A stretch of 64,000 nucleotides of DNA, from NCBI GenBank assembly GCA_051746205.1, contig JBNJEU010000005.1, positions 1,344 to 65,343 of the forward strand. Direction: 5' to 3'. The translations under genes were made by a program, and so were the position numbers. This document shows positions 9,335-19,500 of this stretch, piece after piece. The first letter of the stretch is position 1. Each line of letters begins with the position of its first letter. Under the pieces are notes generated by a model. It worked only from the letters and a program-made list of their open reading frames with translations, did not search any database and was not told the origin of the DNA. The DNA is from Pseudomonadota bacterium (lineage in GTDB: Bacteria > Pseudomonadota > Gammaproteobacteria > Thiohalospirales > Thiohalospiraceae).

Positions 9335-9530
9335 GATCGCCTCGCTGGCGCAGCAGCAGGTAGCCGGCCGCGAGCAGGCCACCCCAGATCAGGTAGGGCG
9401 TGAACCAGCCGGCGGCGGGGCGCGCCCATAACAGCAGCAGCGGCGAGGCGAACAGGGCCAGGCCGAGGAGCAGGGCGATGAGCGCACGGTCGGTGCGTTC
9501 CGGACGGGGGGCCGGCATGGCGTCTACCAT
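9324..9530 (-). CDS. cbrX: Small membrane protein overlapping the cbrA start, CbrX-like
   Basis: 68 aa with two hydrophobic segments and pattern LFASP...W...GWFTPYLIW resembling the Pseudomonas ORF between gluQ and cbrA; overlaps cbrA ATG by 11 bp. Confidence 0.65.
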   Translation of the reverse strand: MVDAMPAPRPERTDRALIALLLGLALFASPLLLLWARPAAGWFTPYLIWGGLLAAGYLLLRQRGDHDR

Positions 9531-9541
9531 GGCTGACGGTG

Positions 9542-9558
9542 TGTTACGGAAAGTAACA
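9542..9558. promoter_or_regulatory. Palindrome TGTTAC-GGAAA-GTAACA, putative CbrB autoregulatory site
   Basis: Matches the 4055-4071 site at 16 of 17 bases; 11 bp upstream of the cbrX ATG. Confidence 0.65.
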
Positions 9559-9593
9559 GAGTGGGCCTTTCGTGAGAAGTGTGCCGGAGGGCG

Positions 9594-10499
9594 TCAGTCG
9601 AGAACTGCTCGGGTTCCGCACGGTATCCGTGACGGTTCCCAGGCCGAAACGGCCCACGGCAGCAGCTCGTCGGGCCCGGCACCATGGAGCTCGGCCGGCG
9701 GATCCTGACCGAGGACGTCCAGGGCTTGCCAGAGTGGTCGTCCGGGGATGGTGTCGTCCACCGGGGGGGCGCCGGTCTGCTTGCTCAGCTTTTCGCCGGC
9801 GGCATTGACCGCCACCGGCAGGTGGCGATAGCCGGGGGTCGACAGACCGAGGGCGTTCTGGAGCAGGATCTGGCGCGCGGTCGAGTCGAGCAGATCGGCG
9901 CCGCGCACCACCTCGGTGATCCCGGCGTCGGCGTCGTCCACCACCACGGCCAGTTGGTAGGCGAACAGGCCATCGGCCCGACGGATGGTGAAATCGCCCA
10001 CTTCGGCCGTGACATCCTGACGTTGGGCCCCCAGGGTGGCGTCGGTGAAATGCACCGGTGGCAGGCCCTGGACCAGGAACCGCCAGGAACGCGCCGGCCG
10101 GCCGCCGAGCCCGGCGCGGCAGGTGCCGGGATAGACGCCGCGCGGCAACCCCATGGCCTCGGCAGCGGCGCGTTCCTCGGCGCGGCTGCAGGCGCAGGGG
10201 TAGGCTCGTTGCAGCTCGATAAGCCGGTCCAGGGCGTGCTGGTAATGTGCTTTGCGGGCACTCTGCCGGACCACCGGCCCGTCCCAGGTCAGCCCGAAGC
10301 GTTCCAGACCGCGCAGGATGGCATCGGCAGCCCCGGGCACGGTGCGCGGTTCATCCAGATCCTCCATGCGCACGAGCCATTCACCACCCGCGCGCCGAAC
10401 GGGCAGATAACTGCCCAGTGCGGCGACCAGGGAGCCGAAATGGAGGGGGCCGGTGGGGGACGGGGCGAAGCGGCCACGACAGACGGGAGCCGGTGTCAT
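9594..10499 (-). CDS. gluQ: Glutamyl-Q tRNA(Asp) synthetase
   Basis: Start set at MTPAPVCRGRFAPSPTGPLHFGS. KLSKQ motif, YQLAVVVDD, no anticodon domain, downstream of dksA. Confidence 0.93.
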   Translation of the reverse strand: MTPAPVCRGRFAPSPTGPLHFGSLVAALGSYLPVRRAGGEWLVRMEDLDEPRTVPGAADAILRGLERFGLTWDGPVVRQSARKAHYQHALDRLIELQRAYPCACSRAEERAAAEAMGLPRGVYPGTCRAGLGGRPARSWRFLVQGLPPVHFTDATLGAQRQDVTAEVGDFTIRRADGLFAYQLAVVVDDADAGITEVVRGADLLDSTARQILLQNALGLSTPGYRHLPVAVNAAGEKLSKQTGAPPVDDTIPGRPLWQALDVLGQDPPAELHGAGPDELLPWAVSAWEPSRIPCGTRAVLD

Positions 10500-10522
10500 G
10501 GGACCGTTTCGCCCGGATGCGC

Positions 10523-10963
10523 TCAGCCGCGCTGGCGTTCGCGCACCTCGTCGAGGGTCTTGCAGTCGATGCAGAGGGTAGCGGTTGGGCGCGCCTCGAG
10601 GCGACGGATCCCGATCTCGACGCCGCACGCCTCGCAGTAGCCATAGTCGCCTTCTTCCAGCTTGTTCAGCGCTTCGTCGATCTTGCCGATCAGTTTGCGC
10701 TCCCGATCGCGGGTCCGCAGTTCCATGGTGAACTCGGATTCCTGACTGGCGCGGTCGTTGGGGTCGGGGAAGTTGGCCGCCTCGTCCTGCATGTGGTGAA
10801 CGGTCCGATCCACCTCCTCCATCAGTTCCCGCTTCCAGCTCTGAAGGATGTTGCGGAAGTGTTCTTCCTGCTGCGGGTTCATGTACTCCTCGCCCGCCTC
10901 TTCCTGATAGGGGGCGATCCCGTTCACCAGGTTTTCTGCATCCTTCTTGTCGGCTTCTGCCAT
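10523..10963 (-). CDS. dksA: RNA polymerase-binding transcription factor DksA
   Basis: DPNDRASQE coiled-coil tip and C4 zinc finger CEACG...CIDC. Confidence 0.97.
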   Translation of the reverse strand: MAEADKKDAENLVNGIAPYQEEAGEEYMNPQQEEHFRNILQSWKRELMEEVDRTVHHMQDEAANFPDPNDRASQESEFTMELRTRDRERKLIGKIDEALNKLEEGDYGYCEACGVEIGIRRLEARPTATLCIDCKTLDEVRERQRG

Positions 10964-11007
10964 GGTCCCCTCCTCGGGTACGTATGCTCGAATTCGAAAG
11001 GCGCAAC

Positions 11008-11037
11008 TCTATACCAGAGAACAGGCCTGTCTGGCAA
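11008..11037 (-). promoter_or_regulatory. Possible sigma-70 promoter of dksA
   Basis: Minus strand TTGCCA-N18-TATAGA with a TG extension, followed by GC-rich GTTGCGCC. Confidence 0.4.
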
Positions 11038-11260
11038 GAAAAGGGGGCATCCATCCGACGGGCTCACGGCCGTTCCCCGACGGAGCCGGAGTGAATCCGC
11101 AGATGGAAACCATCCCGGATGTTTCAGGATGATTGAAGGACCATTGCAGAAAAGCCGACGCCGTGCCACTTGGTCACTAGTCAGCCATTCGGTTCACGAA
11201 CCGGTCAACGCAGCCGGGTACTGCGTTATGATGAACGAAAGGTCCCGAACGATGTGAGAG

Positions 11261-12514
11261 GTGGTACGGATGGAAGCAGGAGGAGAGACCACGGAGGTCA
11301 TGGTGGGACGCCAGCCGATCTACGACCATCGGATGAACGTGCGAGCCTACGAACTCCTCTTTCGGGAAGCGGGTGCGAGCCAGGCCAATGTCGTGGATGG
11401 CAACCACGCCACCAGTCAGGTGCTCTACAACACCTTCATCGAGATCGGTCTGGACTCGATCGTCGGCCGGCACAAGGCCTTCGTCAATCTGACGCCGGCC
11501 TTTCTGATGGGCGAGTATCCGCTGCCGAAGAGTTCCGGTAACCTGGTGCTGGAGATCCTGGAGGACATCGAGCCCACCCCGGAACTGGTGGAATCCATCC
11601 GCAAACTGCGTGAACAGGGCTACACCATTGCTCTGGATGACTTCGTCTACAGTCCCCATCTCCAGCCGCTGGTCGATCTGGCCAACATCATCAAGATCGA
11701 CATCACTCAGATGGACGAGGCGGGCCTGGCCGAGCACGTCCAGCGGCTGCGCAGAGACGATCAGTTGCTGTTGGCGGAGAAGGTGGAGACCTACGGCGAA
11801 TTCGAGTACTGCCAGCACCTGGGTTTCGACCTCTATCAGGGCTATTTCTTCTGCCGGCCCAACATCATCAAGGGAAAACACCTGCCCACCAACCGGCTGG
11901 CCCTGATGCAGCTGCTCAGCGAGCTGCAGCGTGAAGAGGCCGATATCGGTAAACTGGAACAATTGATCAGTCAGGATGTGACCCTTTCCTATCGCCTGAT
12001 CCGGCTGATCAATTCGGCGGCCTTCGCCCTGTCCACTCGCGTGGAATCCATCTCCCGCGCACTGATGCTTCTGGGACTGGATGCGGTGCGCAACTGGGCG
12101 AGCCTGCTGGCGCTGTCGAACATCGACGACAAGCCGATGGAACTGGTGCGCAACTCCGCGGTGCGGGCACGCATGGCCGAGCTGGTGGGTGGCGTCGTGG
12201 ACAGCGGAGTGGATCCCGGAACGTACTTCACCGCAGGCCTGTTCTCGAACCTGGATGCGCTCGTGGACAAATCCATGGACGCCATCCTCGACGAATTGCC
12301 GCTGAGTGAACAGGTCTGCGAGGCGCTGCTTACCGGGCAAGGCAGTGTCGGTGTTGTCCTTCAGGTGGTCCTCGCCTATGAACAGGCGGAATGGGAGGAC
12401 CTGGAACGGCTGAATACCGGGATCCCGCTGTCGACTCTCCGCCAGCATTATCTCGAGGCCATCGGCTGGGCCGACTCCCTGGTCTCCGAAGTGGTTGAAG
12501 GCAAGGCGGCCTGA
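11261..12514 (+). CDS. EAL + HDOD protein (CdgJ/YuxH-like c-di-GMP phosphodiesterase family)
   Basis: RQPI...AYELLFR, FVN, LEILE, ALDDF, KID, AEKVE and QGYFF metal-ligand motifs; C-terminal HDOD (QDVTLSYRLIRLINSA). Confidence 0.88.
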   Translation: MVRMEAGGETTEVMVGRQPIYDHRMNVRAYELLFREAGASQANVVDGNHATSQVLYNTFIEIGLDSIVGRHKAFVNLTPAFLMGEYPLPKSSGNLVLEILEDIEPTPELVESIRKLREQGYTIALDDFVYSPHLQPLVDLANIIKIDITQMDEAGLAEHVQRLRRDDQLLLAEKVETYGEFEYCQHLGFDLYQGYFFCRPNIIKGKHLPTNRLALMQLLSELQREEADIGKLEQLISQDVTLSYRLIRLINSAAFALSTRVESISRALMLLGLDAVRNWASLLALSNIDDKPMELVRNSAVRARMAELVGGVVDSGVDPGTYFTAGLFSNLDALVDKSMDAILDELPLSEQVCEALLTGQGSVGVVLQVVLAYEQAEWEDLERLNTGIPLSTLRQHYLEAIGWADSLVSEVVEGKAA

Positions 12515-12697
12515 GTCGCACTTCCTCCCATCCAGTCGCGGCGAACTTCACGTCTCGTGATTCGAACGCCTCGTCACCGCGTCGTGGTTCACATGCCCCG
12601 GGGGGCGGGCACGGGCCGAACAGTGCCGCTGTTCCCGTTTACGGCCTCGACGACTCTGGGTAAGGTTCACGCTTTCCCTGAACCGGAGAAATGCCGC

Positions 12698-13471
12698 GTG
12701 GAACTCGAAGCCCTGTTGTTCGACGTTGACGGGACACTGGCCGATACCGAGCGTGATGGTCATCGAGTCGCCTTCAACCGTGCCTTTGCCGAGGCCGGTC
12801 TGGACTGGCACTGGTCGGTGCCGCTGTATGGCGAATTGCTGGCGGTGACCGGTGGCAAGGAGCGGATCCGCCGTTATCTGGAGGCCCATCGTCCGGATGT
12901 CCGGCTTCCGGAGGATGCCGACGGGTACATCGCAGAACTCCACGCCGCGAAGACTCGCCACTACACCGGGATGCTTGCCGAGGGCGCCATCCCGCTCCGG
13001 CCGGGCGTCGAGCGGTTGCTGCGCGAGGCGCGGGATGCCGGCCTGCGCCTCGGCATTGCCACCACCACTACGCCGGAGAACGTCACTGCCTTGATGACCC
13101 ATGCGCTGGGTGCGGCGGCGCTGGATTGGTTCGAGGTCATTGCCGCCGGCGATGTGGTCCCGGCAAAGAAGCCGGCGCCCGATATCTACGACTATGCCCT
13201 GGAGCAACTGGGCGTGTCACCAGCGGCCGCACTGGCGGTGGAAGATTCGGATCCCGGTCTGCAATCGGCGCGGGCGGCGGGTTTGACGACCGTCATAACG
13301 GTCAACGACTATACCCGAGCACAGGACTTTACCGACGCCGTGGCCGTGTTGTCCGATCTCGGTGAGCCAGGGCACTGGCCCGTTGAAGAGGCCAGTGGTG
13401 AACGGGTGCCACCTGTGGACCTGGCCAGGCTGCGGAGCTGGCATGCCGATTCCTTGTCACAACGTGGGTGA
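12698..13471 (+). CDS. cbbY: HAD hydrolase, CbbY-like (XuBP phosphatase family)
   Basis: GTG start after GGAG. LLFDVDGTLADTERDGHRVAFN, GGKER, ATTT, KKPAPDIY and VEDS motifs. Confidence 0.75.
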   Translation: MELEALLFDVDGTLADTERDGHRVAFNRAFAEAGLDWHWSVPLYGELLAVTGGKERIRRYLEAHRPDVRLPEDADGYIAELHAAKTRHYTGMLAEGAIPLRPGVERLLREARDAGLRLGIATTTTPENVTALMTHALGAAALDWFEVIAAGDVVPAKKPAPDIYDYALEQLGVSPAAALAVEDSDPGLQSARAAGLTTVITVNDYTRAQDFTDAVAVLSDLGEPGHWPVEEASGERVPPVDLARLRSWHADSLSQRG

Positions 13472-13556
13472 CCCCTTAACCTGCGTATCCTGTGGCGCGA
13501 ACTACAAGTGAAGTGAGTGGCTCCCCTGTTCGGGCCACCCGGAGCGTATCCGACCC

Positions 13557-14738
13557 ATGAAGAAGATAGGCGAGCTGGCAGAGAGCCGTGAAGAACGTCT
13601 TGTGCAGGTGGGCGAGGGTGAAATCCAGACCGGAAAGCCCCTGCCGTGGGATGTCTACGACGCCAAGGGCGTGCTTCTCATGGATGCCGGCACCCTCATC
13701 GAGTCCGAGGAACAGGCCCGGAAACTGTCTTCGGAGGGGAATCAGCGCAAAATCGGGGGGACCCGGCAGGTCAATGTAACCCCGGTGGGCAAGGATCCGA
13801 TGACGGGATCCACCTCCAACCCTTTCGCTCGCGTCGACGAGTTTCTGCGCCGGCTGAACGGCATGCTGAAGGCCCTGATCAAGCCGGACGATCCGAAAGC
13901 GATGGAAAAACGGGTTCTCCGCTTCGCAGAGGGGATCCAGGAGCTCGTGGGTCGCGATGTCGATGCCGCTCTGGGGGCCTGCCATCTGGTGAATCAGGAA
14001 GATTATGTCGTCAACCACACCCTGTACGTGGCCCTGCTTTCCGAGCTCGTCGCCCGCCGCCTGGAAAAGGCGGAACCGGAACGCCGTTCCCTGGTCGCCG
14101 CCTCGCTGACCGCCAACCTTGCCATGCTGGGTCTGCAACGCCGCCTGGTGGCTCAGGCCGAACCCCTGACCGAGGAGCAGCGGCAGGCCATCCACGACCA
14201 TCCCGCACGGGCGGTGAAACACCTCCGGAACCTGGGGGTCGAGGATGATCTCTGGCTCGAGATCATCCTGCAGCACCACGAACGCCTCGACGGCGGGGGG
14301 TATCCCCGGGGCCTCAAGGGCGAGGCCTTCATCGAGGAGGCGCGGGTCATGGCCATCGCCGATCGCTACCATGCCATGATCTCCGGGCGAAAGTATCGCA
14401 AGGGGCTGATGCCGCGCGAGGCGTTGCGCAAGCTGTTCATGGAGGACGGCCAGGTGATCTCGGCCGATCTGGCCCAGCTCTTCATCAAGGAGGTGGGGTT
14501 CTTCCCGCCGGGCTCCTTCGTCAAGCTTGCCAACGGCGAGGCGGGCCTGGTCATCCGGCGCGGCGGCCAGCCGATGACCCCCGAGGTCGCGGCTCTGGCC
14601 AGCGAGCAGGGGCGTTTCTACGCTCAGCCGCTACGCCGCGACACCAGCCAGTCCGAGTTCGCCATCAAGGGGATGGGGCGTCCGCCGAGCCACATCCCGT
14701 TCAATGTCCCCTACCTCTGGGGCTACCGCGAACTCTGA
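13557..14738 (+). CDS. HD-GYP domain protein with a degenerate HD dyad
   Basis: HHERLDGGGYPRGLKG and IADRYHAM present; the expected LHDIGK reads LTANLAM. Confidence 0.85.
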   Translation: MKKIGELAESREERLVQVGEGEIQTGKPLPWDVYDAKGVLLMDAGTLIESEEQARKLSSEGNQRKIGGTRQVNVTPVGKDPMTGSTSNPFARVDEFLRRLNGMLKALIKPDDPKAMEKRVLRFAEGIQELVGRDVDAALGACHLVNQEDYVVNHTLYVALLSELVARRLEKAEPERRSLVAASLTANLAMLGLQRRLVAQAEPLTEEQRQAIHDHPARAVKHLRNLGVEDDLWLEIILQHHERLDGGGYPRGLKGEAFIEEARVMAIADRYHAMISGRKYRKGLMPREALRKLFMEDGQVISADLAQLFIKEVGFFPPGSFVKLANGEAGLVIRRGGQPMTPEVAALASEQGRFYAQPLRRDTSQSEFAIKGMGRPPSHIPFNVPYLWGYREL

Positions 14739-16024
14739 GCGACCAGGGTCGCCGTGCCCGCTGCCGGCTCGGCGTCCGCCACCGCGATCACCGGGATGCC
14801 GAGCACGCGCTGCCGGATGGCCGTCCAGGCCGCGTTGCGCGCGCCGCCGCCCAGGGTAAGGACGCGTCGGGGCGTCGGTGCCCCCCGTTCTGCCAGCCGC
14901 TGGTACCCCGCCGCCTCGATGGCCGCCACGCCCTCCAGCAGCCCCTGGAAGAATCGGCTGTCATCCGCCGGGCGCGGTTCCAGTCGCGGGGCGAGTCCGG
15001 GATCGCGGACCGGGAAGCGCTCGCCCGGCGCGGGCAGGGGGTAGTAGTCGAGACCGGTCGGGGTGGCCGGATCCAGCCGGGGTTCCAGTTCTGTCATGCG
15101 GGCGTCACTGAAGTGTTCGCGCAGCACCGCCCCGCCGCTGTTCGAGGCCCCGCCCATCAACCAGAAGTCGCCGAAGGGCTGGCTGTAGATCCCGGCATCG
15201 GCATCGGCCACCGGCTGTTCGCCGACCACCTTCAGCACCAGGGTCGAGCCGAGGATGGTCACCGCGTCCCCCGGCTCGCGGGCACCGGCGGCCAGCACCG
15301 CGGCGGTGCTGTCGGTGGTCCCGGCGACCACCCTCACGCCCGCCGGCAGACCGAGGCGCTCGGCCACGTCGGCGGGAACCGTGCCCAGGGGCGTACCGGG
15401 GCTGTGGACCCGGGGCAGCCACGCGCTCGGCACCCCCTCGTGCTCGAGCAGCGCCCTCAGCCAGGCGGGCCAGTCGCCGGTGGCCGGGTCCCAGCCCAGT
15501 TTCAGGGCATTGTTGGCGTCGCTGTGGCCGAAGTTTCCGCACAGCCGTCCGGCCAGCCAGTCGGCCTGGTGCAGGGCGTGGGCTGTCGGCCGAGCGGCGC
15601 CGCCGTGGGTATGGAGCCAGAGCAGGCGGGCGAGGGCGGTGGCGGCGCCACGCACGGGGCTGGCAGCCGGGGCCACGGCATCGATGCGCGCCCCCTCGGC
15701 AGTGGCGCGGGCGTCGTTGTAGAGCAGTGCCGGGGTCAGCGGTTCGCCGTCGGCGTCGGTCAGCAGCAGCGTCCCCGAGGTGCCGTCGATGGCGATGCCG
15801 GCCACCGGCGCGCCGTCGAGCTGCGCCATCAGCGCCGCGACCACCTCCTCCAGCGCTGTCCACCAGATCCCCGGCGCCTGTTCCACCGCCGCATCCCGGC
15901 GCTCCGGCTCCGGCATGGCCACGCGCGCCAGTGCGCGGACCGAACCGCTGTCATCCAGGGCGACTCCGCGACACCCGGAGGTCCCGAAATCGAGGCCGAT
16001 GCGCACCCCCGCCACACCGCTCAC
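14723..16024 (-). CDS. FGGY-family carbohydrate kinase (xylulose/ribulose kinase-like)
   Basis: [29 protein letters not shown] and GGGARN motifs. GTG start overlaps the queF TGA. Confidence 0.85.
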   Translation of the reverse strand: MSGVAGVRIGLDFGTSGCRGVALDDSGSVRALARVAMPEPERRDAAVEQAPGIWWTALEEVVAALMAQLDGAPVAGIAIDGTSGTLLLTDADGEPLTPALLYNDARATAEGARIDAVAPAASPVRGAATALARLLWLHTHGGAARPTAHALHQADWLAGRLCGNFGHSDANNALKLGWDPATGDWPAWLRALLEHEGVPSAWLPRVHSPGTPLGTVPADVAERLGLPAGVRVVAGTTDSTAAVLAAGAREPGDAVTILGSTLVLKVVGEQPVADADAGIYSQPFGDFWLMGGASNSGGAVLREHFSDARMTELEPRLDPATPTGLDYYPLPAPGERFPVRDPGLAPRLEPRPADDSRFFQGLLEGVAAIEAAGYQRLAERGAPTPRRVLTLGGGARNAAWTAIRQRVLGIPVIAVADAEPAAGTATLVAQSSR

Positions 16025-16419
16025 TCCCGGGGCGGCAGGTTCACCGGCGCGGCGGGCTCCCAGCCGTCGCGACGGTGTTCGCTGGTGACATCGGTGTAGA
16101 TCCCGCCCCGGACGTTGAACCGTCCGGTCACCCGCAGGAAGCGTGGCGCGATGAGATCGACGATGTCGTCGGTGATGCGGTTGGTCACCGCTTCGTGGAA
16201 AGCCCCCTCGTCGCGGAATGACCACATGTACAGCTTCAGCGACTTCAGCTCCACGCAGGTCGCCTCCGGGATGTAGTCGATGAAGAAGGTAGCGAAGTCC
16301 GGCTGACCGGTCTTCGGACAGAGACAGGTGAACTCCGGGACGGTGAAACGGATGAGGTAATCCCGCTCCGGCGTGGGGTTGGGGAACGTTTCCAGTTCCC
16401 GGCTCGGCAGGGTGGCCAT
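16021..16419 (-). CDS. queF: preQ0 reductase QueF (short single-domain type)
   Basis: [31 protein letters not shown] and RGGI motifs. Confidence 0.95.
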   Translation of the reverse strand: MATLPSRELETFPNPTPERDYLIRFTVPEFTCLCPKTGQPDFATFFIDYIPEATCVELKSLKLYMWSFRDEGAFHEAVTNRITDDIVDLIAPRFLRVTGRFNVRGGIYTDVTSEHRRDGWEPAAPVNLPPRE

Positions 16420-16520
16420 CTTTCGCCCTCTCGCTGGCTTGGAAAGCCGATCATTTTAACGCAGAATCGGCGGCTCATGAGCAACGTCCCAGCCGCCGTT
16501 ACCGGAAGCCGCCGAAGCCG

Positions 16521-19500
16521 ATGCGCCTGAGCACGATCAAACTGGCCGGATTCAAGTCCTTCGTGGATCCCACTTCCATCCCCATGCCCAGTCAACTGGT
16601 CGGGGTCGTGGGGCCCAACGGCTGCGGCAAGTCCAACGTCATCGACGCCGTGCGCTGGGTGATGGGGGAGTCGTCGGCGCGCCATCTGCGCGGCGAGGCC
16701 ATGGCCGACGTCATCTTCAACGGCTCGTCGTCGCGCAAGCCGGTGGGCCAGGCCTCGGTGGAGCTGGTCTTCGACAACAGCGACGGCGGTGCCGGCGGCC
16801 AGTACGCCCACTACAACGAGATCGCCGTGCGCCGTGTGGTGACCCGCGACGGGCAGTCCAACTACTACCTCAACGGCACCCGCTGCCGCCGCCGCGACAT
16901 TACCGACATCTTCCTCGGCACCGGCCTCGGTCCGCGCTCCTACGCCATCATCCAGCAGAATACCGTCTCGCGCCTTATCGAGGCGCGTCCCGAGGAGATG
17001 CGGACCTTCCTGGAGGAGGCCGCCGGCATCTCCAAGTACAAGGAGCGTCGCCGCGAGACCGAGAACCGCATCCGCCACACCCGCGAGAACATGGAGCGGC
17101 TGGAGGACCTGCGCGAGGAACTGGACCGCCAGCTTGCCCACCTCCAGCGCCAGGCCAAGACCGCCGAGCGCTACAAGGAACTCAAGGCGCGCGAGCGCGA
17201 GCTGCGCGGCCAGCTCCAGGTGATCCGCTGGCGGGTACTGGACGACGAGTGCGCCGAGCACGACCGCGCCGTGGGCGAGAAGGAGACGGAAATGGAGGCC
17301 GAGGTCGCGCGCCAGCGCCACCTGGAGGCGGAACTGGAGACGCGCCGCGGCGAGCAGGGCGAGGCAGCCGACGCCTTCTCCGAGATCCAGGGGCGCTACT
17401 ACGCCGTGGGCTCCGACATCGCGCGGCTGGAGGAGGCCATCCAGCACGCCCGCGAGCGGCGCGAGCAGCAGGAGCGCGACCTGGCCCAGCTCGACACCGC
17501 CTGGGAGGAGGCCGAGGCCCATCTGGGCCAGGATCGCGAGCGTCTGGAGACCACCGACGCCGCCCTGGCCGAGGGCGAGCCCGAACTCGAACAGCTGGAG
17601 GCCGCCGAGGCCGAGGCCCGCGAGGCGGTCACCGAGGCCGAGGAGGCGTTGCAAACATGGCAGACGGAGTGGGAGGCGGTCACTGCCGATCTCGCCGAAC
17701 CGACCCGCACCGCCGACGTGGCGCGCAACACCCTGCACAATCTGGAACGCAACGCCGATGAGGGTCTGCGTCGGCAGGAGCGCCTGGAGGCAGAACAGCG
17801 GGAGCTGGACACCACCGCGCTCGACGAGGAATTGCATACCATCGCCACCGAACGGGCCGAGGCCGAGGCCGGTCTGACGGACCTGCAAAAGGCGCTGGAG
17901 ACCGCTCAGGGAGAGCTGGAGAGCCAGCGCGAAGGCAATCGAGCGGCGGCCCGGGTGCTGGACGAACAGCGCCAGCAATTGCAGCAGTCCCGGGGCCGGC
18001 ACGCCTCGCTGGAGGCGCTGCAGCAGGCCGCGCTGGGCAAGGACAATGGCGCCGTCTCCCAGTGGCTGGAACGTCAGGGCCTCGGCTCGGCCCGGCGCCT
18101 GGCCGAGGGGCTCGACGTGGAGGCCGGCTGGGGACCGGCGGTGGAGGCCGTGCTGGGAGACAGCCTGGAGGCGGTCTGTGTCGACGGTCTCGATCCCCTG
18201 GCCCGAGCGGTCACCGATCTGACCGAGGGCGGCGTGACCCTGCTGGACACGGGCGGCTCCGGTCGCGATGCGGGCCCCGACGGCGCGACCCTGGCCGGGA
18301 AGGTCCATGCCCCGTGGGACGTCGCCCCGCTGCTGGCGGGGGTGCGGGTGGCCGACGATCTGGCGGCGGCCCTGGCCCTGCGCGAGCAGCTCACCCCGGG
18401 CGAGAGCGTGGTCACCCGCGACGGTCTCTGGCTCGGTCCCAACTGGCTGCGAGTGCGCCGGGACCAGGATGAACGCGGCGGCGTCCTCGAGCGCGAGGAG
18501 GCCCTGCGCGAGGTGGCCGCGACGATGGAGCGGCTGGAAGAGCAGCTGGCCAGCGGCGACGAGGCGCTGGAGGCCGGCCGCCACCGCGAGAGCGAGCTGG
18601 AGCAGGAACGCGACCGTCTGCAGAGCGCGAGCAACGAACAGCACCGCCGGGTCAGCGAACTGCGCAGTCGCCAGCAGACCCGGCAGTCACGGCTGGAACA
18701 GCTGCGCAGCCGCGCTGAACAGATCGAGCAGGAGATCGGTGAACGGATTGCCGAACGCGAGGCCAACGCCGAGGAGCAGGAGGCGGTGCGCGAACAGCTC
18801 AACGAGGCGCTGGAGCGCAGCGAGGTGCTGGCTGCCCGTCGCGACGCTCTGGCCGAGCGGCGTGAACCGCTGCAGCGGGCGGTGGAAGAGGCGCGCCAGC
18901 GTCATCGCGAGGCCGGCGAGGCGGTGAATCGGCAGCGACTCCACCTGCAGGGACTGCGCACCGAACGCGCCTCCATCCAGCAGGCCCTGGAGCGGCTGGA
19001 GGGTCAGCGGCAACAGTTTTCGGAGCGCCGCGATGAGCTCCAGCGGGCACTGGCCGAGGAGGACGACCCGGTGGAACATCGCCAGGCCGAACTGGACCGG
19101 CTACTGACCCAGCGCCAGGAGGTCGAGGCGGCCATGGTCGCGGCTCGCGAACGCAGCGAGGCGGTGGACCAGGCCATCCGCGAACTCTCGCAACAGCGCA
19201 CCGAGGCGGAGCAGAACGCCACGCGCCTGCGCGAGGAGGTGGAGCGCGCCCGCATGAGCGCCCAGGAGCTGCGGGTCCGCCGGGAATCCCTGCTCGAACA
19301 GATCCAGGAAGCCGGCCACGACCGCGATGCCCTGCTGGCGGATCTGCCGGAGGACGCCGACGAGGCCCGGTGGCAGCAGAGCCTCCAGGAGGTGGAAACG
19401 GCCATCTCGCGGCTGGGATCCATCAACCTGGCCGCCATCGACGAATACGAGCAGCAGTCGGAGCGCAAGGTCTATCTGGATCAGCAGCGCGAGGATCTGG

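Noticed and set aside
9594-11054. 486-aa ORF spanning dksA and gluQ, suggesting a frameshift fusion
   Set aside because: The upstream part is an alternative frame over dksA with no recognisable motifs. GluQ has its own ATG at 10499, and long open shadow frames are expected at this GC.
11165-11179. TGGCAC-GGCGT-CGGC on the minus strand upstream of dksA as a sigma-54 promoter
   Set aside because: The -12 element is poor and no enhancer palindrome is nearby.
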